Below are positions 42,549-52,735 of a stretch of 64,000 bases of DNA, piece after piece. The stretch spans positions 1,056,001 to 1,120,000 of the forward strand of contig OY781945.1 in the NCBI GenBank assembly GCA_963677435.1, written 5' to 3'. The stretch's first letter is position 1, and each line of letters begins with the position of its first letter. The stretch comes from an uncultured Aliarcobacter sp. GTDB taxonomy: Bacteria; Campylobacterota; Campylobacteria; Campylobacterales; Arcobacteraceae. A model generated the notes under the pieces. The model saw only the letters and a program-made list of their open reading frames with translations. It was not told the DNA's origin and did not search any database. The position numbers and the translations under genes are program-made.

Positions 42549-42723
42549 TATATAAATATATTTTTTATTTTTAAATTAATATAAAATATCATTTCTTCAT
42601 ATTCCTTTACTTTGAAATGAAATTTTATAATATGCCTTATTGATAGTACTTCTAATAAAATATTTAATGTAAATAAAATTAATATAATTTCTTTTATATT
42701 CCAATAGTGAATTATACTTAGAA

Positions 42724-43311
42724 TTATTTTTTGACGAATTGCCACATTTTTCAAAATCAATTTTAGAAGCCTTAAGAGAACCACTTGAAGATAATAAGAT
42801 ATTAATCTCAAGAGTTAATAGCAAAATCATGTATGAAACAAAATTTATATTCATAGCAGCTATGAATCCATGTCCTTGTGGGAATTTGCTTTCAAGTTTG
42901 AAAGAGTGTAGATGTAATGAACTAGAAATTCAAAGATATAAAAATAGATTGAGTGAGCCATTCTTAGATAGAATTGATTTGTATGTTGTTATGAATGATA
43001 GTTTTAGTGATAATAAAAATATTGTAAGTTCAAAAGAACTTCATTCAAATATATTAAAAGCTTTCATAAAACAAAAAAATAGAGGACAAAAAGAGTTAAA
43101 TGGAAAATTAAATGAAGAAGAGATAAAAGAGTATTGTGTTTTAGATGAGGAATCAAAAGCAATTTTGGAAAAAGCAAGAATAAATTATCAACTCTCATTT
43201 AGAAGTATAAATAAAGTTTTAAAAGTTGCAAGAACTGTAGCTGATTTAAATGACAATGATATTATTACAAAAAATGATTTATTGCAAAGCTTGAATTTTA
43301 GAAGAAGATAA
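42724..43311 (+). pseudogene. comM: ComM/YifB ATPase, 3' part
   Basis: Resumes LFFDELPHF; LEALREPLED, AAMNPCPCG, LDRID, KVARTVADL. Confidence 0.95.
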
Positions 43312-43414
43312 AATAAGCTTAACAATAGTTTTAAAAAAGTGTATTTTTATTGTATAATGTAATAAATTTAGATTTTACGAAGAGAAACTTCGTATTGATT
43401 ACAAAGGGTTAAAA

Positions 43415-44299
43415 ATGACAAAATGCGGATATGTATCAGTAGTAGGAAGACCAAATGCGGGTAAAAGTTCACTTCTTAATTGGTTAGTTGGTGAAAAAAT
43501 AGCGATGGTTTCACACAAAGCTAATGCTACAAGAAAAAGATCAAATATCATTGTAATGCACAATGATGATCAAATTGTATTTGTAGATACTCCAGGTATC
43601 CATGAAACAGAAAAACTATTAAATCAATTTATGCTTGATGAAGCATTAAAAGCGATGGGTGATTGTGATTTAATTTTATTTTTAGCACCTATTACAGATA
43701 AAGTTTCACACTATGAAGATTTTTTAATAAAAAATAAAAAAGGTGTTAAACACATTTTATTACTTACAAAAATAGATTTTGTATCAAATGCTGAAGTATT
43801 AGAAAAAATCAAAGAGTATGAAAAATATAGTGATAAATATGAAGCTATTATTCCTATTTCTATTAAAAAACAGACTACACAAGCTGATATTTTAAATGAT
43901 GTTGTAAAACATTTACCTGTTCATCCTTATCTATTTGATCCTGAAATTATGACAACTGAGCATTTAAGAGATCTTTTTAAAGAGTTTATAAGAGAATCAA
44001 TTTTTGAAAATATTAGTGATGAAATACCTTATGAAACTGATGTTATGATAAATAAAGTTGATGAAAAACCAGGTGTTGATGTTATCAAAGCTACAATAAT
44101 TGTACAAAAAGGTACTCAAAAAGGTATGATTATTGGAAAAGATGCAACGGCAATTAAAAGAATTGGTAAAGATGCAAGAATTAAAATCGAAAAATTAACT
44201 GGTAAAAAATGTTATCTTGAGCTTTTTGTTTCAATCAAAAAAGGTTGGACAAAAAATAGACAAGGTCTAAAAGAACTAGGTTATGATGTAACTTTCTAA
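43415..44299 (+). CDS. era: GTPase Era
   Basis: GRPNAGKS, DTPG, TKID; KH domain EIPY...GMIIGK. Confidence 0.97.
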   Translation: MTKCGYVSVVGRPNAGKSSLLNWLVGEKIAMVSHKANATRKRSNIIVMHNDDQIVFVDTPGIHETEKLLNQFMLDEALKAMGDCDLILFLAPITDKVSHYEDFLIKNKKGVKHILLLTKIDFVSNAEVLEKIKEYEKYSDKYEAIIPISIKKQTTQADILNDVVKHLPVHPYLFDPEIMTTEHLRDLFKEFIRESIFENISDEIPYETDVMINKVDEKPGVDVIKATIIVQKGTQKGMIIGKDATAIKRIGKDARIKIEKLTGKKCYLELFVSIKKGWTKNRQGLKELGYDVTF

Positions 44300-44424
44300 A
44301 AAGAGGAATTATCCTCTTTTTACTCATTCTATTCCATTTAAATAACTTTACAACTTATTAATTTAAGCAACAATTTTATATACTAAACTTAATAATAAAA
44401 AATATTATATTAAGTTGGATTTAT

Positions 44425-45309
44425 ATGTTAAATTTTGTTCTTCCACATAAAATAAAATCTATATCAATTGATGTTTCTGAAGAGATAGGAAATAAAAACT
44501 TAAAAAAATTTATTTACACTTCACTTAAATTAAATAAACACAATATAAATAAAGATGATTTTGTACATATAAATTTCATTAGTGAACTAAAACTATATCA
44601 AATCCTTATTTTTCCCAATAATCATAAAGAAGCTATATTTCAAATATTTAATCAGTTCTATATAAATAAAAAAGACTTAAAAAGTTTTGATTTATATATT
44701 ACAAAAGATTTTTTTTCTTTATATAAAAATGGAAAATTTTACTATTATCAAACATTGGAATCTGAAATTTCAGTTGATGATTTAGTTGAATATATAAATA
44801 AGATTTTTTCTATAAAAGTGGATACTTTTAAAATTATTGATGAGATATATTTAGAAGAGTTAAAAAATAGCTATTTAGAAAAATCATTTAAAAATGAGCT
44901 TTTAAATTTTAATGGCAAAAAAGATTTTTCTTTTGGAATTTATTTAACATATATTTTAATACTTATACTTTTCTCTATATATTTCTATATAAGTTATATA
45001 AAAAATATTGACAATGAGAATAAGCCAAATTCTCGAAATAGCATAGAAAAAATAAGGAAAGAATATTCTTTTGTCTCTTTTTCTTCTGATTTTAGTGAAT
45101 TTATGAATTTAGCACAAAAATACAATTTAAATTTGAAAACCTTTGAATATAGAGTTGATAAAGCAAAAGTAGTTATTTGTTCAAGTTCAAAATCTGATAT
45201 TTACTCTTTTTTTAATGAATTAAAAATAAGATTAATTTCTCATGATTTAAACTATTTTGAAAATGAAAAAATTTATGAATCGACAATTTATGTTAAATTT
45301 TCTAAATAA
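44425..45309 (+). CDS. Hypothetical T2SS/pilus assembly-associated protein (PilMN/GspL-like)
   Basis: Single TM near residue 180; heads the gspE/gspF operon. Function is from context only. Confidence 0.5.
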   Translation: MLNFVLPHKIKSISIDVSEEIGNKNLKKFIYTSLKLNKHNINKDDFVHINFISELKLYQILIFPNNHKEAIFQIFNQFYINKKDLKSFDLYITKDFFSLYKNGKFYYYQTLESEISVDDLVEYINKIFSIKVDTFKIIDEIYLEELKNSYLEKSFKNELLNFNGKKDFSFGIYLTYILILILFSIYFYISYIKNIDNENKPNSRNSIEKIRKEYSFVSFSSDFSEFMNLAQKYNLNLKTFEYRVDKAKVVICSSSKSDIYSFFNELKIRLISHDLNYFENEKIYESTIYVKFSK

Positions 45310-45976
45310 AAAATTTATTTCTTGTAGTATAAAAACTAAAATAGAGTTATTCTTACTACCATTATTGCTTTTATATTTTGTTTATTATCTTTGTTCAATA
45401 TATGTAAAAGATGATTTACAAATGAAATCCAATATAAATTTTGATGAATATTCAAAAAAAGAGTTTAATGAGTCTTTTTTGGATTTTTCTTCAAATCTTC
45501 AAGATTATGCTTTAAAAAATCAAATAGTCATATTCAATATTACAAATAATAAAAAAGTGCTTTTTATTAAAGCAAAAGCAAAAATTGAAGATATAGAAAG
45601 ATTTATTACAACAATTGAAACTCTTAATAACTTTACAAATATAACTTTTTTCACACTAAATAAACAAGATAACGAGAATTATCTATTTGAAGTAAATGTT
45701 GATTTAAATAAGTTTTATATCAAAAAACCACAAAAACAAATAATCAAAGAGATAAAACCTAAAACTCAAACAAATAATGAAAAATCAATAGAATATAAAG
45801 TAAGTGGAATTATCTCAGACTATGCTTTTATAAATGATACTTGGGTTAAAAAAGATGAAAAGATTGATGATTTTAAACTTACAAAAATTGAAAGGAATTA
45901 TATAGTGTTAGAGAATGAAAAAACAAAAATAAAATTAGAGTTAGAAAATGAAGACTATCTTAAAAAGTTTAATTGA
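45257..45976 (+). CDS. Hypothetical T2SS/pilus assembly-associated protein (PilO/P-like)
   Basis: N-terminal TM; C-terminal VSGIISDYAFINDTWVKKDEKI; start uncertain. Confidence 0.5.
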   Translation: MKMKKFMNRQFMLNFLNKKFISCSIKTKIELFLLPLLLLYFVYYLCSIYVKDDLQMKSNINFDEYSKKEFNESFLDFSSNLQDYALKNQIVIFNITNNKKVLFIKAKAKIEDIERFITTIETLNNFTNITFFTLNKQDNENYLFEVNVDLNKFYIKKPQKQIIKEIKPKTQTNNEKSIEYKVSGIISDYAFINDTWVKKDEKIDDFKLTKIERNYIVLENEKTKIKLELENEDYLKKFN

Positions 45977-47268
45977 TTATTCGTTATTTGAAAAGTATGA
46001 TAAAGATTACTTTATAAATAATAAGATACTTCCTCTTTGTGAGAATGATATAAGTATAAAAGTTGCTGTTTGTAAAAGTTCAAAAGTAGAAACAATAAAG
46101 AATGATTTTAATAAAGTACTTAGTTTTATACAAATAGATGAGTTCGAACTTCTTTTTTTATTAAGTCACATAAATAAAAAGATTTTATTATATTCTTATG
46201 CTTTTAAAGCAATTTCACAAAATAGTTTTGAAAAATATATAGATAAATTTTTAGAAGAGTTAGTTTCATTTTCTATAAATTTAAGAGCAAGCGATATTCA
46301 TATTGAACAATATAAAGAGTTGGTTTTATTTAAATTTAGAATTGATGGAAGATTAAAAACTTTTTTTGCTTTTAATTGCGAGTTTTTTAAACTAATTTCC
46401 TCTTATATTAAATTAATTTCAAATTTAGATATGACGCAAGTTCGTCTTCCTCTTGATGGCAGATTTTCTTTAAATATAGAAAATAAGAAATATGATTTTA
46501 GAGTTTCAACCATGCCAACCATTGAAGCTGAATCTATAGTTTTAAGAATATTAGATAATAAAAATATAAATAAAAATTTGCAAACTTTAGGTTTATCCAC
46601 TAACTTACTTGAAGTTTTAAATCAAACCCTAAAATTAACCCAAGGTTTGATTTTGATTTCTGGACCCACAGGAAGTGGCAAAACTACAACTTTATATTCG
46701 ATTTTACAAGAGTTAAATAGTGAAGAAAAAAAGATAATTACAGTTGAAGATCCAATTGAATATAAAATTGATTCTATTTGTCAAATTGCTATAAATAGTA
46801 AAATTGGTCTTAGTTTTGAACTTGTTTTAAAAAATATTTTGCGCCAAGATCCTGTAAAGTTACTTGTAAGCTTCTTTGACTGGACATTTAGTGATTGCTA
46901 GTATTCATGCTAATAGCGCAGTGGAAACGATTCTTAGACTAATAGACTTACAAGCTGATCCTTTTTTAATCTCAAGTACTTTAAAACTTGTAATGGCTCA
47001 AAGATTAGTTTTGAATTATTGTAAATTTTGTGGCTCAGTTGGGTGCCAAAAATGTAACTATACAAAATATTATGATAGGTCAACAATTGCTGAGATTTTA
47101 AAAGTTGATGAAACAATATCTTCAATGATATTTAAAAAATCAGATATAAATGAGCTGAAAAATTATCTTGCAAGAATAAATTTCAAAACAATTTTAGATG
47201 ATGGAAAACAAAAAGTAGAACAAAATCAAACCTCACTTGAAGAAGTTTATAAAGTTGCAAGTTTTTGA
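45948..47268 (+). pseudogene. gspE: GspE/PilB/CtsE-family ATPase, frameshifted with Walker B deleted
   Basis: ASDIHIE, GPTGSGKTT, TVEDPIE, LRQDP, then a jump to ASLTGHLV in another frame; the usual D(I/V)IxxGEIRD segment is absent. Confidence 0.88.
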
Positions 47269-48458
47269 TGAAAAAATATAAAATAAAGTATCAAGATAAA
47301 AGTGAGGTAAAAGAGCTTGTTTTAGAAACAAAAAATCTAGCAAATGAGATTTTACCCTCAAATATAATTGAGATAAAAGAGAATAAAAACTATTTTGAAT
47401 TTGAATTTTTCACAAAAAAAAGAGTAAATGAAAAAAAACTAAATTTACTCTTTTATGAATTAAATCTAATGTTACAGGCAAATATAAATATCAGTGATGC
47501 CCTTGATATTTTGATAAAAAATAAAAAAGATAAAAATATTTTGGACTTCTTAAAAGTTGTAAAATATTGTTTTTCAAATGGGAAAGAAGTTGATGAAAAT
47601 TTAAGTGATTTTAAAATCAATTATTTAATACCATCTTTTTTGAAAATTTCACAAAATAGTGGAAATATTGCATTAAACATAAAGGCACTAAGTAGTTTAT
47701 TACTTGAAAGTCTTGAAATAAAAAAAGCTTTTTTTAAAGCAATAGCTTATCCTATTGTTTTAGTAATCTCATTTATTTTCTCTTTAATATCAATATTTAT
47801 TTTTGTTATTCCAAAATTTCAGATGATTTTTTCACAAACAACACAAGAACTTCCTTTTGCAACCAAAATGTTACTAAAAACTCAATATATTTTTGAAAAC
47901 TATTGCTTAATTATATTTTTTATTTTTCTTGGGCTTTTCGCTTTTTTTAGTCTTTTATATAAGAGAAATAGCCGATTTAAGTATTTTGTACATAAGCTTT
48001 TTATTGCAAAAATATTTTTACTTAGAGATATAAATTTAAATATGCAATTATATAAACTCTTTTTAGTAATTGATATTATGTTGAAATCAAATTATGAATT
48101 TCATAAAGCTTTCATTTCTTCAAAAATTTTATTAAAAAACAAATATCTATTGGATAAAATATCCGTAATTGATAATTTATTGCAAAATGGAAAAAGTATC
48201 AATCACTCTTTTTTAGAAACACAAATATTTGATGATGTAGTTTTAAATCTTATAAATACAGGAGAAGTTTCAAACTCTTTAGGTATTACAATAGATGAAA
48301 TAAAAAAGATTTACAAAAATAGATTTAATGATAATATAAATTTACTCACATCGCTGATACAACCAATATTTTTGATTGTTATTATGGGTTTAATACTTTG
48401 GGTTGTGTTGGGGATTTTTATACCCATATGGGATATGGGAAATATGATAAAAGTTTGA
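47268..48458 (+). CDS. gspF: GspF/PilC/CtsF-family inner membrane platform protein
   Basis: AIAYPIVL, FVIPKF, TGEVS, LIQPIF...IFIPIW. Confidence 0.88.
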   Translation: MKKYKIKYQDKSEVKELVLETKNLANEILPSNIIEIKENKNYFEFEFFTKKRVNEKKLNLLFYELNLMLQANINISDALDILIKNKKDKNILDFLKVVKYCFSNGKEVDENLSDFKINYLIPSFLKISQNSGNIALNIKALSSLLLESLEIKKAFFKAIAYPIVLVISFIFSLISIFIFVIPKFQMIFSQTTQELPFATKMLLKTQYIFENYCLIIFFIFLGLFAFFSLLYKRNSRFKYFVHKLFIAKIFLLRDINLNMQLYKLFLVIDIMLKSNYEFHKAFISSKILLKNKYLLDKISVIDNLLQNGKSINHSFLETQIFDDVVLNLINTGEVSNSLGITIDEIKKIYKNRFNDNINLLTSLIQPIFLIVIMGLILWVVLGIFIPIWDMGNMIKV

Positions 48459-48470
48459 AAAGGAGTTACT

Positions 48471-49424
48471 TTGATTAACTGTTACATCAAAAAAGGAAAT
48501 AGACTTAGTGTTATTGAGGGAATTGATTCTCTTGAAAGCAATGAAGATAAAAATAATGTAATTTGGATTGATATGCTTCTTCCAACATTAGAGGAAATAA
48601 GAGCAGTTGAAAGTATGTTTGATATGCAATTCCCCACAAAACAAGAAACAGAAGAGATCGAGCTGAGTTCTAGATATTGGGAAGAAAATAATAGAATAGA
48701 AATAAACAGTTACTTCTTGATAAATGATAATAAATCAGCATTCAATGAAACAGTTTCTTTTATTTTACAAGGAACACTTTTAATTTCTGTTAGATATAAA
48801 AAACTAGAAACATTTAATACTTTTACAAAAAAACTTTTGATTTCTCCAAGAGAGTTTAAAACTGGGTATTCAATTTTTTGTCAAATTATTGATATTAGAA
48901 TTGATGCGGATGCAGATACAATCGAGAATTTATCAAAAGAGATAACAAAAATTAGAAAACATGTATTTACAGATTATTCAAATGATGATGAAGAGATTCT
49001 TGAAAAAATCTCTACATTTGAAGATTTAAATATGAAAATTAGAGAAAACTTAACGGATAAACAAAGAATATTAAATTCACTTTTAAAATCTCAGAAATTT
49101 GTGGATGATAAACAAGAATTACCAATTATGTTAAAGGATATTAAGTCATTAATTGACCATACAAATTTTAATTTTGAAAGACTTGATTACTTACAAAATA
49201 TCTTTATTGGTATCTTAAGTATTGAGCAAAATAAGGTTATAAAAATATTTACAATTGTAAATGTTATCTTCCTTCCCCCAACATTAATTGCAAGTATTTA
49301 TGGAATGAATTTTGATTTTATACCTGAATTACATTGGCAATATGGATATGTATTATCTATTGTATTTATGATAATTGCATCAATTACACCAATCTTAATT
49401 TTTAAGAAAAAAGGTTGGATTTAA
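48471..49424 (+). CDS. corA: Mg/Co transporter CorA
   Basis: FLPPTLIASIYGMNF..IPEL; KKKGW. Confidence 0.95.
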   Translation: MINCYIKKGNRLSVIEGIDSLESNEDKNNVIWIDMLLPTLEEIRAVESMFDMQFPTKQETEEIELSSRYWEENNRIEINSYFLINDNKSAFNETVSFILQGTLLISVRYKKLETFNTFTKKLLISPREFKTGYSIFCQIIDIRIDADADTIENLSKEITKIRKHVFTDYSNDDEEILEKISTFEDLNMKIRENLTDKQRILNSLLKSQKFVDDKQELPIMLKDIKSLIDHTNFNFERLDYLQNIFIGILSIEQNKVIKIFTIVNVIFLPPTLIASIYGMNFDFIPELHWQYGYVLSIVFMIIASITPILIFKKKGWI

Positions 49425-49463
49425 TATTAGAAATAATATAAAAATTTAAAGGATAAATAATTA

Positions 49464-50036
49464 ATGAGTAGTGAAATAGAATTTGAAAATGCTATAAAAA
49501 AAATGTTAGAGCACGTTGGAGAAGATATAACAAGAGAAGGTTTAATTGATACTCCAAAAAGAGTAAGAAAAGCTTATGAGTTTATGTGTAGTGGTTATAA
49601 ACAAGACCCAAAAGAGATAATTGAAAAAGCTCTTTTTACTTCAACAAATGATGAAATGGTTGTGGTAAAAGATATAGAGTTTTATTCTCAATGTGAACAC
49701 CACATGTTACCAATTATCGGGAAAGCACATGTTGCGTATATTCCAAATGGAAAAGTTATTGGTTTATCAAAAATACCAAGAGTTGTTGATGTATTTGCAA
49801 GAAGATTACAAATTCAAGAGCAATTAACTGAGCAAATTTGTGATGCTTTAAATGAACACTTAAAACCAAAAGGTGTTGCAGTTATGATTGACGCTCGACA
49901 TATGTGTATGGAGATGAGAGGGGTTGAGAAAATTTGTTCAACTACTGTTACATCAGCATTAAGAGGATTATTTAAATCTAATAAAACAACAAAAGATGAG
50001 TTTTTATCAATAGTTGCTCAATCACTTCATAAATAA
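49464..50036 (+). CDS. folE: GTP cyclohydrolase I
   Basis: [23 protein letters not shown]. Confidence 0.97.
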   Translation: MSSEIEFENAIKKMLEHVGEDITREGLIDTPKRVRKAYEFMCSGYKQDPKEIIEKALFTSTNDEMVVVKDIEFYSQCEHHMLPIIGKAHVAYIPNGKVIGLSKIPRVVDVFARRLQIQEQLTEQICDALNEHLKPKGVAVMIDARHMCMEMRGVEKICSTTVTSALRGLFKSNKTTKDEFLSIVAQSLHK

Positions 50037-50057
50037 ATCAATAGAATTTCTATTGAT

Positions 50058-51425
50058 TTATTGTTTTTTTAATAGCTCATTTTGAAGAGTTTTTAAAGCT
50101 ACATCTGAAATATTTTGAGATACACCTATATGAAAAGATATTTTAGAAGGACTCATATCAAACATATCAAAAGGGATATTATTTTGTTTTAATGCAGTTA
50201 TTGCATCAACGATTACAAAAGAGTTCTCTTTTAATCCAATCCCAACTAAAGTTAAAATTGATAAGTTATAGGTAACATAAAGATTATCTGTATTTAGCTC
50301 TTTTTCAATTTTTCTTCTTAGGTTATTAATTTTACCTTTTAAATCTTCTTGTTCTACAAGAATAGCAATATCATCTTTATCCGTAGGATAATGATAAGTA
50401 TTGATCTTAAATTCACTGAAAATTCTTAATAAATTAGCGCTAAAACCTATCTCTTCACCTAACATATCTTTTTGTATATGAATAAGTGCCATATTATCAA
50501 GTTTTGCAATTCCAACTACATCTTCCATCGGAACTCTTTCACTTAAGATTAGAGTTCCTTTGTGAGTTGGATTGTTAGTGTTTCTGATGTTTATGGGAAT
50601 TTTTCCTTTTTTACAACTTAGCATTGCATTAAAATGAAAAACATTAAAACCTTTTGAGCTAAGTAATCTTAACTCTTTAAATGTAAGTCTAGTTATTACT
50701 TTTGCATCATCAACAACACGAGGGTCTACTTCGTAAACACCATTTGTATCTGTCCAGTTTTCATAAATATCAACATCAAGGGCAAAGGCTAACTCCCCAC
50801 CTGTTAAGTCACTACCACCTCTACTTAAAACAACAATTTTTTTATCATTACTTATTCCATAAAAACCTGGAACTAAATATGTTATATCTGAATTAATATC
50901 AAAACTATTCCTAATGTTTTCATAAGTTTTATCTATGATTTTGCCATCTGTATAATTATTATCAAGTATAAAACCAAAATCTTCAGGAAGCATAAGTTTT
51001 GTTTTTATATCTTGATTATTCATATATTCACAGATAATTTTAGCATTATAGTGTTCACCTCTTGAAAGATAAAAAGCTTTTTTTTCATCATCTTTTAAAT
51101 TAGAATTTTCTAAATCTTTTTGCAAATCTAAAAGTATATTCTTATTATTAATCTTTAAATCATTACATAGTTTTTTAAATTTATTTAATACAGATTCAAG
51201 TGATTCTTTTTTTGAGATTGTAACTTGTTGTTCTTGAAAATAAGTACCATTAGTTGCAATGTTTAAAAGATGGTCTGTAATCTTTTCATTGAAAAGTTCA
51301 TCTCTACCTGGTGCTGAAACAACTATTATTTTTCTTTTTATATCTTCTTTTATTATATTAATAACTTTTTGAATTTGAAGTGCATCTTTTACAGAACTGC
51401 CTCCAAATTTACATACTTTAATCAA
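50058..51425 (-). CDS. ask: Aspartate kinase of the ectoine cluster
   Basis: KFGGSS, VVSAPG, SRGGSD, DPR; downstream of ectD. Confidence 0.92.
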   Translation of the reverse strand: MIKVCKFGGSSVKDALQIQKVINIIKEDIKRKIIVVSAPGRDELFNEKITDHLLNIATNGTYFQEQQVTISKKESLESVLNKFKKLCNDLKINNKNILLDLQKDLENSNLKDDEKKAFYLSRGEHYNAKIICEYMNNQDIKTKLMLPEDFGFILDNNYTDGKIIDKTYENIRNSFDINSDITYLVPGFYGISNDKKIVVLSRGGSDLTGGELAFALDVDIYENWTDTNGVYEVDPRVVDDAKVITRLTFKELRLLSSKGFNVFHFNAMLSCKKGKIPINIRNTNNPTHKGTLILSERVPMEDVVGIAKLDNMALIHIQKDMLGEEIGFSANLLRIFSEFKINTYHYPTDKDDIAILVEQEDLKGKINNLRRKIEKELNTDNLYVTYNLSILTLVGIGLKENSFVIVDAITALKQNNIPFDMFDMSPSKISFHIGVSQNISDVALKTLQNELLKKQ

Positions 51426-51427
51426 AT

Positions 51428-52321
51428 TTAATCCTTATTTACTTTTAAAGGCTTGAAATCTTTTAAGCATAAAAAATCAGCCCTTGGTGATTTTGATGAG
51501 AAAGGTTTTACAGGAGTGTTTTTTACACTATTATAAACAAAGAAAATATTAGTTCTATCTTCTGGTGAGATATTATCAGCGCTTCCATGAAGTATATTCC
51601 CATCGTGTAATACTAAAGTTCCAGCTTTTCCAATAGCAGAAACTAGTTTATCATTTTTAGATAATTGTTTAATGGCGTTAATGCTAGGAACTCCATACTC
51701 TTGTTTTTTCAAAGATTTTTTATAATTATCTTTTGGAGTTATACCTTTACAAGAAACAAATTTTTTGTGGCTCTCTTTGATTAGATATAACGGTCCATTA
51801 AACTGTGTATTATCTGTTAGCATAAGCCAAGCGGATAAACATCTACAGTTTGGTAAACCATCTTCACTATGCCAAGTTTCAAAGTCACTATGCCAAGGGA
51901 AAGACTTCCCTTGATAGGCTCTTTTTACATTTATTCTTCCATGATGAATATAAACATCACTTCCTAAAATTTGCATTACTTTATTTAAAATTCTTGGATC
52001 TTTTGATAATTTTTTATAAACTTTACTAAAAAGATGTTGATTAAATATTGTTCTTAATTTATTATCATTTGGTTCAGAAATAAATTCTTCTTTTTTCCAA
52101 AGTTTTTCATCTAATTCTATTAATTTTAATTCTTTAGCAAATTTTTTTATCTCTTTTTGGGAAAAAACTTCAGGAATAATAATAAAACCATCTTTTTCAT
52201 AAATCTCTAACTCTTTTTCATCTAATGAATATTTTCCTATTTTTTCTTGTGAGTAAACAGTTTTATCAACTCTTTTTATAATTTTTTCTTCATTTCCTCT
52301 TGATGGATATAAATCTTTCAT
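51428..52321 (-). CDS. ectD: Ectoine hydroxylase
   Basis: FPWHSDFETWHSEDG signature. Confidence 0.93.
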   Translation of the reverse strand: MKDLYPSRGNEEKIIKRVDKTVYSQEKIGKYSLDEKELEIYEKDGFIIIPEVFSQKEIKKFAKELKLIELDEKLWKKEEFISEPNDNKLRTIFNQHLFSKVYKKLSKDPRILNKVMQILGSDVYIHHGRINVKRAYQGKSFPWHSDFETWHSEDGLPNCRCLSAWLMLTDNTQFNGPLYLIKESHKKFVSCKGITPKDNYKKSLKKQEYGVPSINAIKQLSKNDKLVSAIGKAGTLVLHDGNILHGSADNISPEDRTNIFFVYNSVKNTPVKPFSSKSPRADFLCLKDFKPLKVNKD

Positions 52322-52338
52322 ATAATCAATTCCTTGTA

Positions 52339-52734
52339 TTAATCTTCTAATGGATAAACGCCATTTTCATCGTGATTTTCTGTTCCTTTTATTGGAGGGT
52401 TAAAAACACAGATTAATCTCATATCAACATTTCCACCATATAAATAGTGTTCATCATGGTTATTTAAAGCGTACATTACTCCATCATAAATATCATGTGT
52501 TATTCCTGTTTTTAAATCTTCAATTTTTCCATCACCACCAACACAATAAACAGCTTCTAGGTGATTTTGGTAATGTATGTGGGTTTTTGTATGTGCTTTT
52601 ATTATTGTTTCATGGAATGAAAATCCCATTCCATCATCTTTTAATAACATTCTTCTACTAACCCATTGATTGTCTTTTGCAAAAACTTCTTTTTGTGTAC
52701 CAATTATTTCTTTTCTTATATCTCTTACTATCAT
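52339..52734 (-). CDS. ectC: Ectoine synthase
   Basis: MIVR, SRRMLLKDDGMGFSFH, YQNHLEAVYC, CVFNPP. Confidence 0.96.
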   Translation of the reverse strand: MIVRDIRKEIIGTQKEVFAKDNQWVSRRMLLKDDGMGFSFHETIIKAHTKTHIHYQNHLEAVYCVGGDGKIEDLKTGITHDIYDGVMYALNNHDEHYLYGGNVDMRLICVFNPPIKGTENHDENGVYPLED

Positions 52735-52735
52735 T

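Larger units (their letters stand above)
26901..42723 (-). mobile_element. Tyrosine-recombinase trio integrative element inserted in comM
   Basis: The comM frame rejoins as GGG ATT|TTA TTT TTT GAC GAA (GILFFDE). Ends TTCTAGGTATA (26901-26911) and TATACTTAGAA (42713-42723) are 10/11 inverted. Extra 6 bp TTAAAT at 26895-26900. Confidence 0.92.

Noticed and set aside
42473..42854. ORFs 42473-42811 (+) and 42597-42854 (-) spanning the right junction
   Set aside because: Low-complexity AT-rich frames crossing the element end and comM, with no motifs or RBS.
42739..43311. Independent expression of the comM 3' half from TTG 42739
   Set aside because: No RBS visible and Walker A is missing; treated as a gene fragment.
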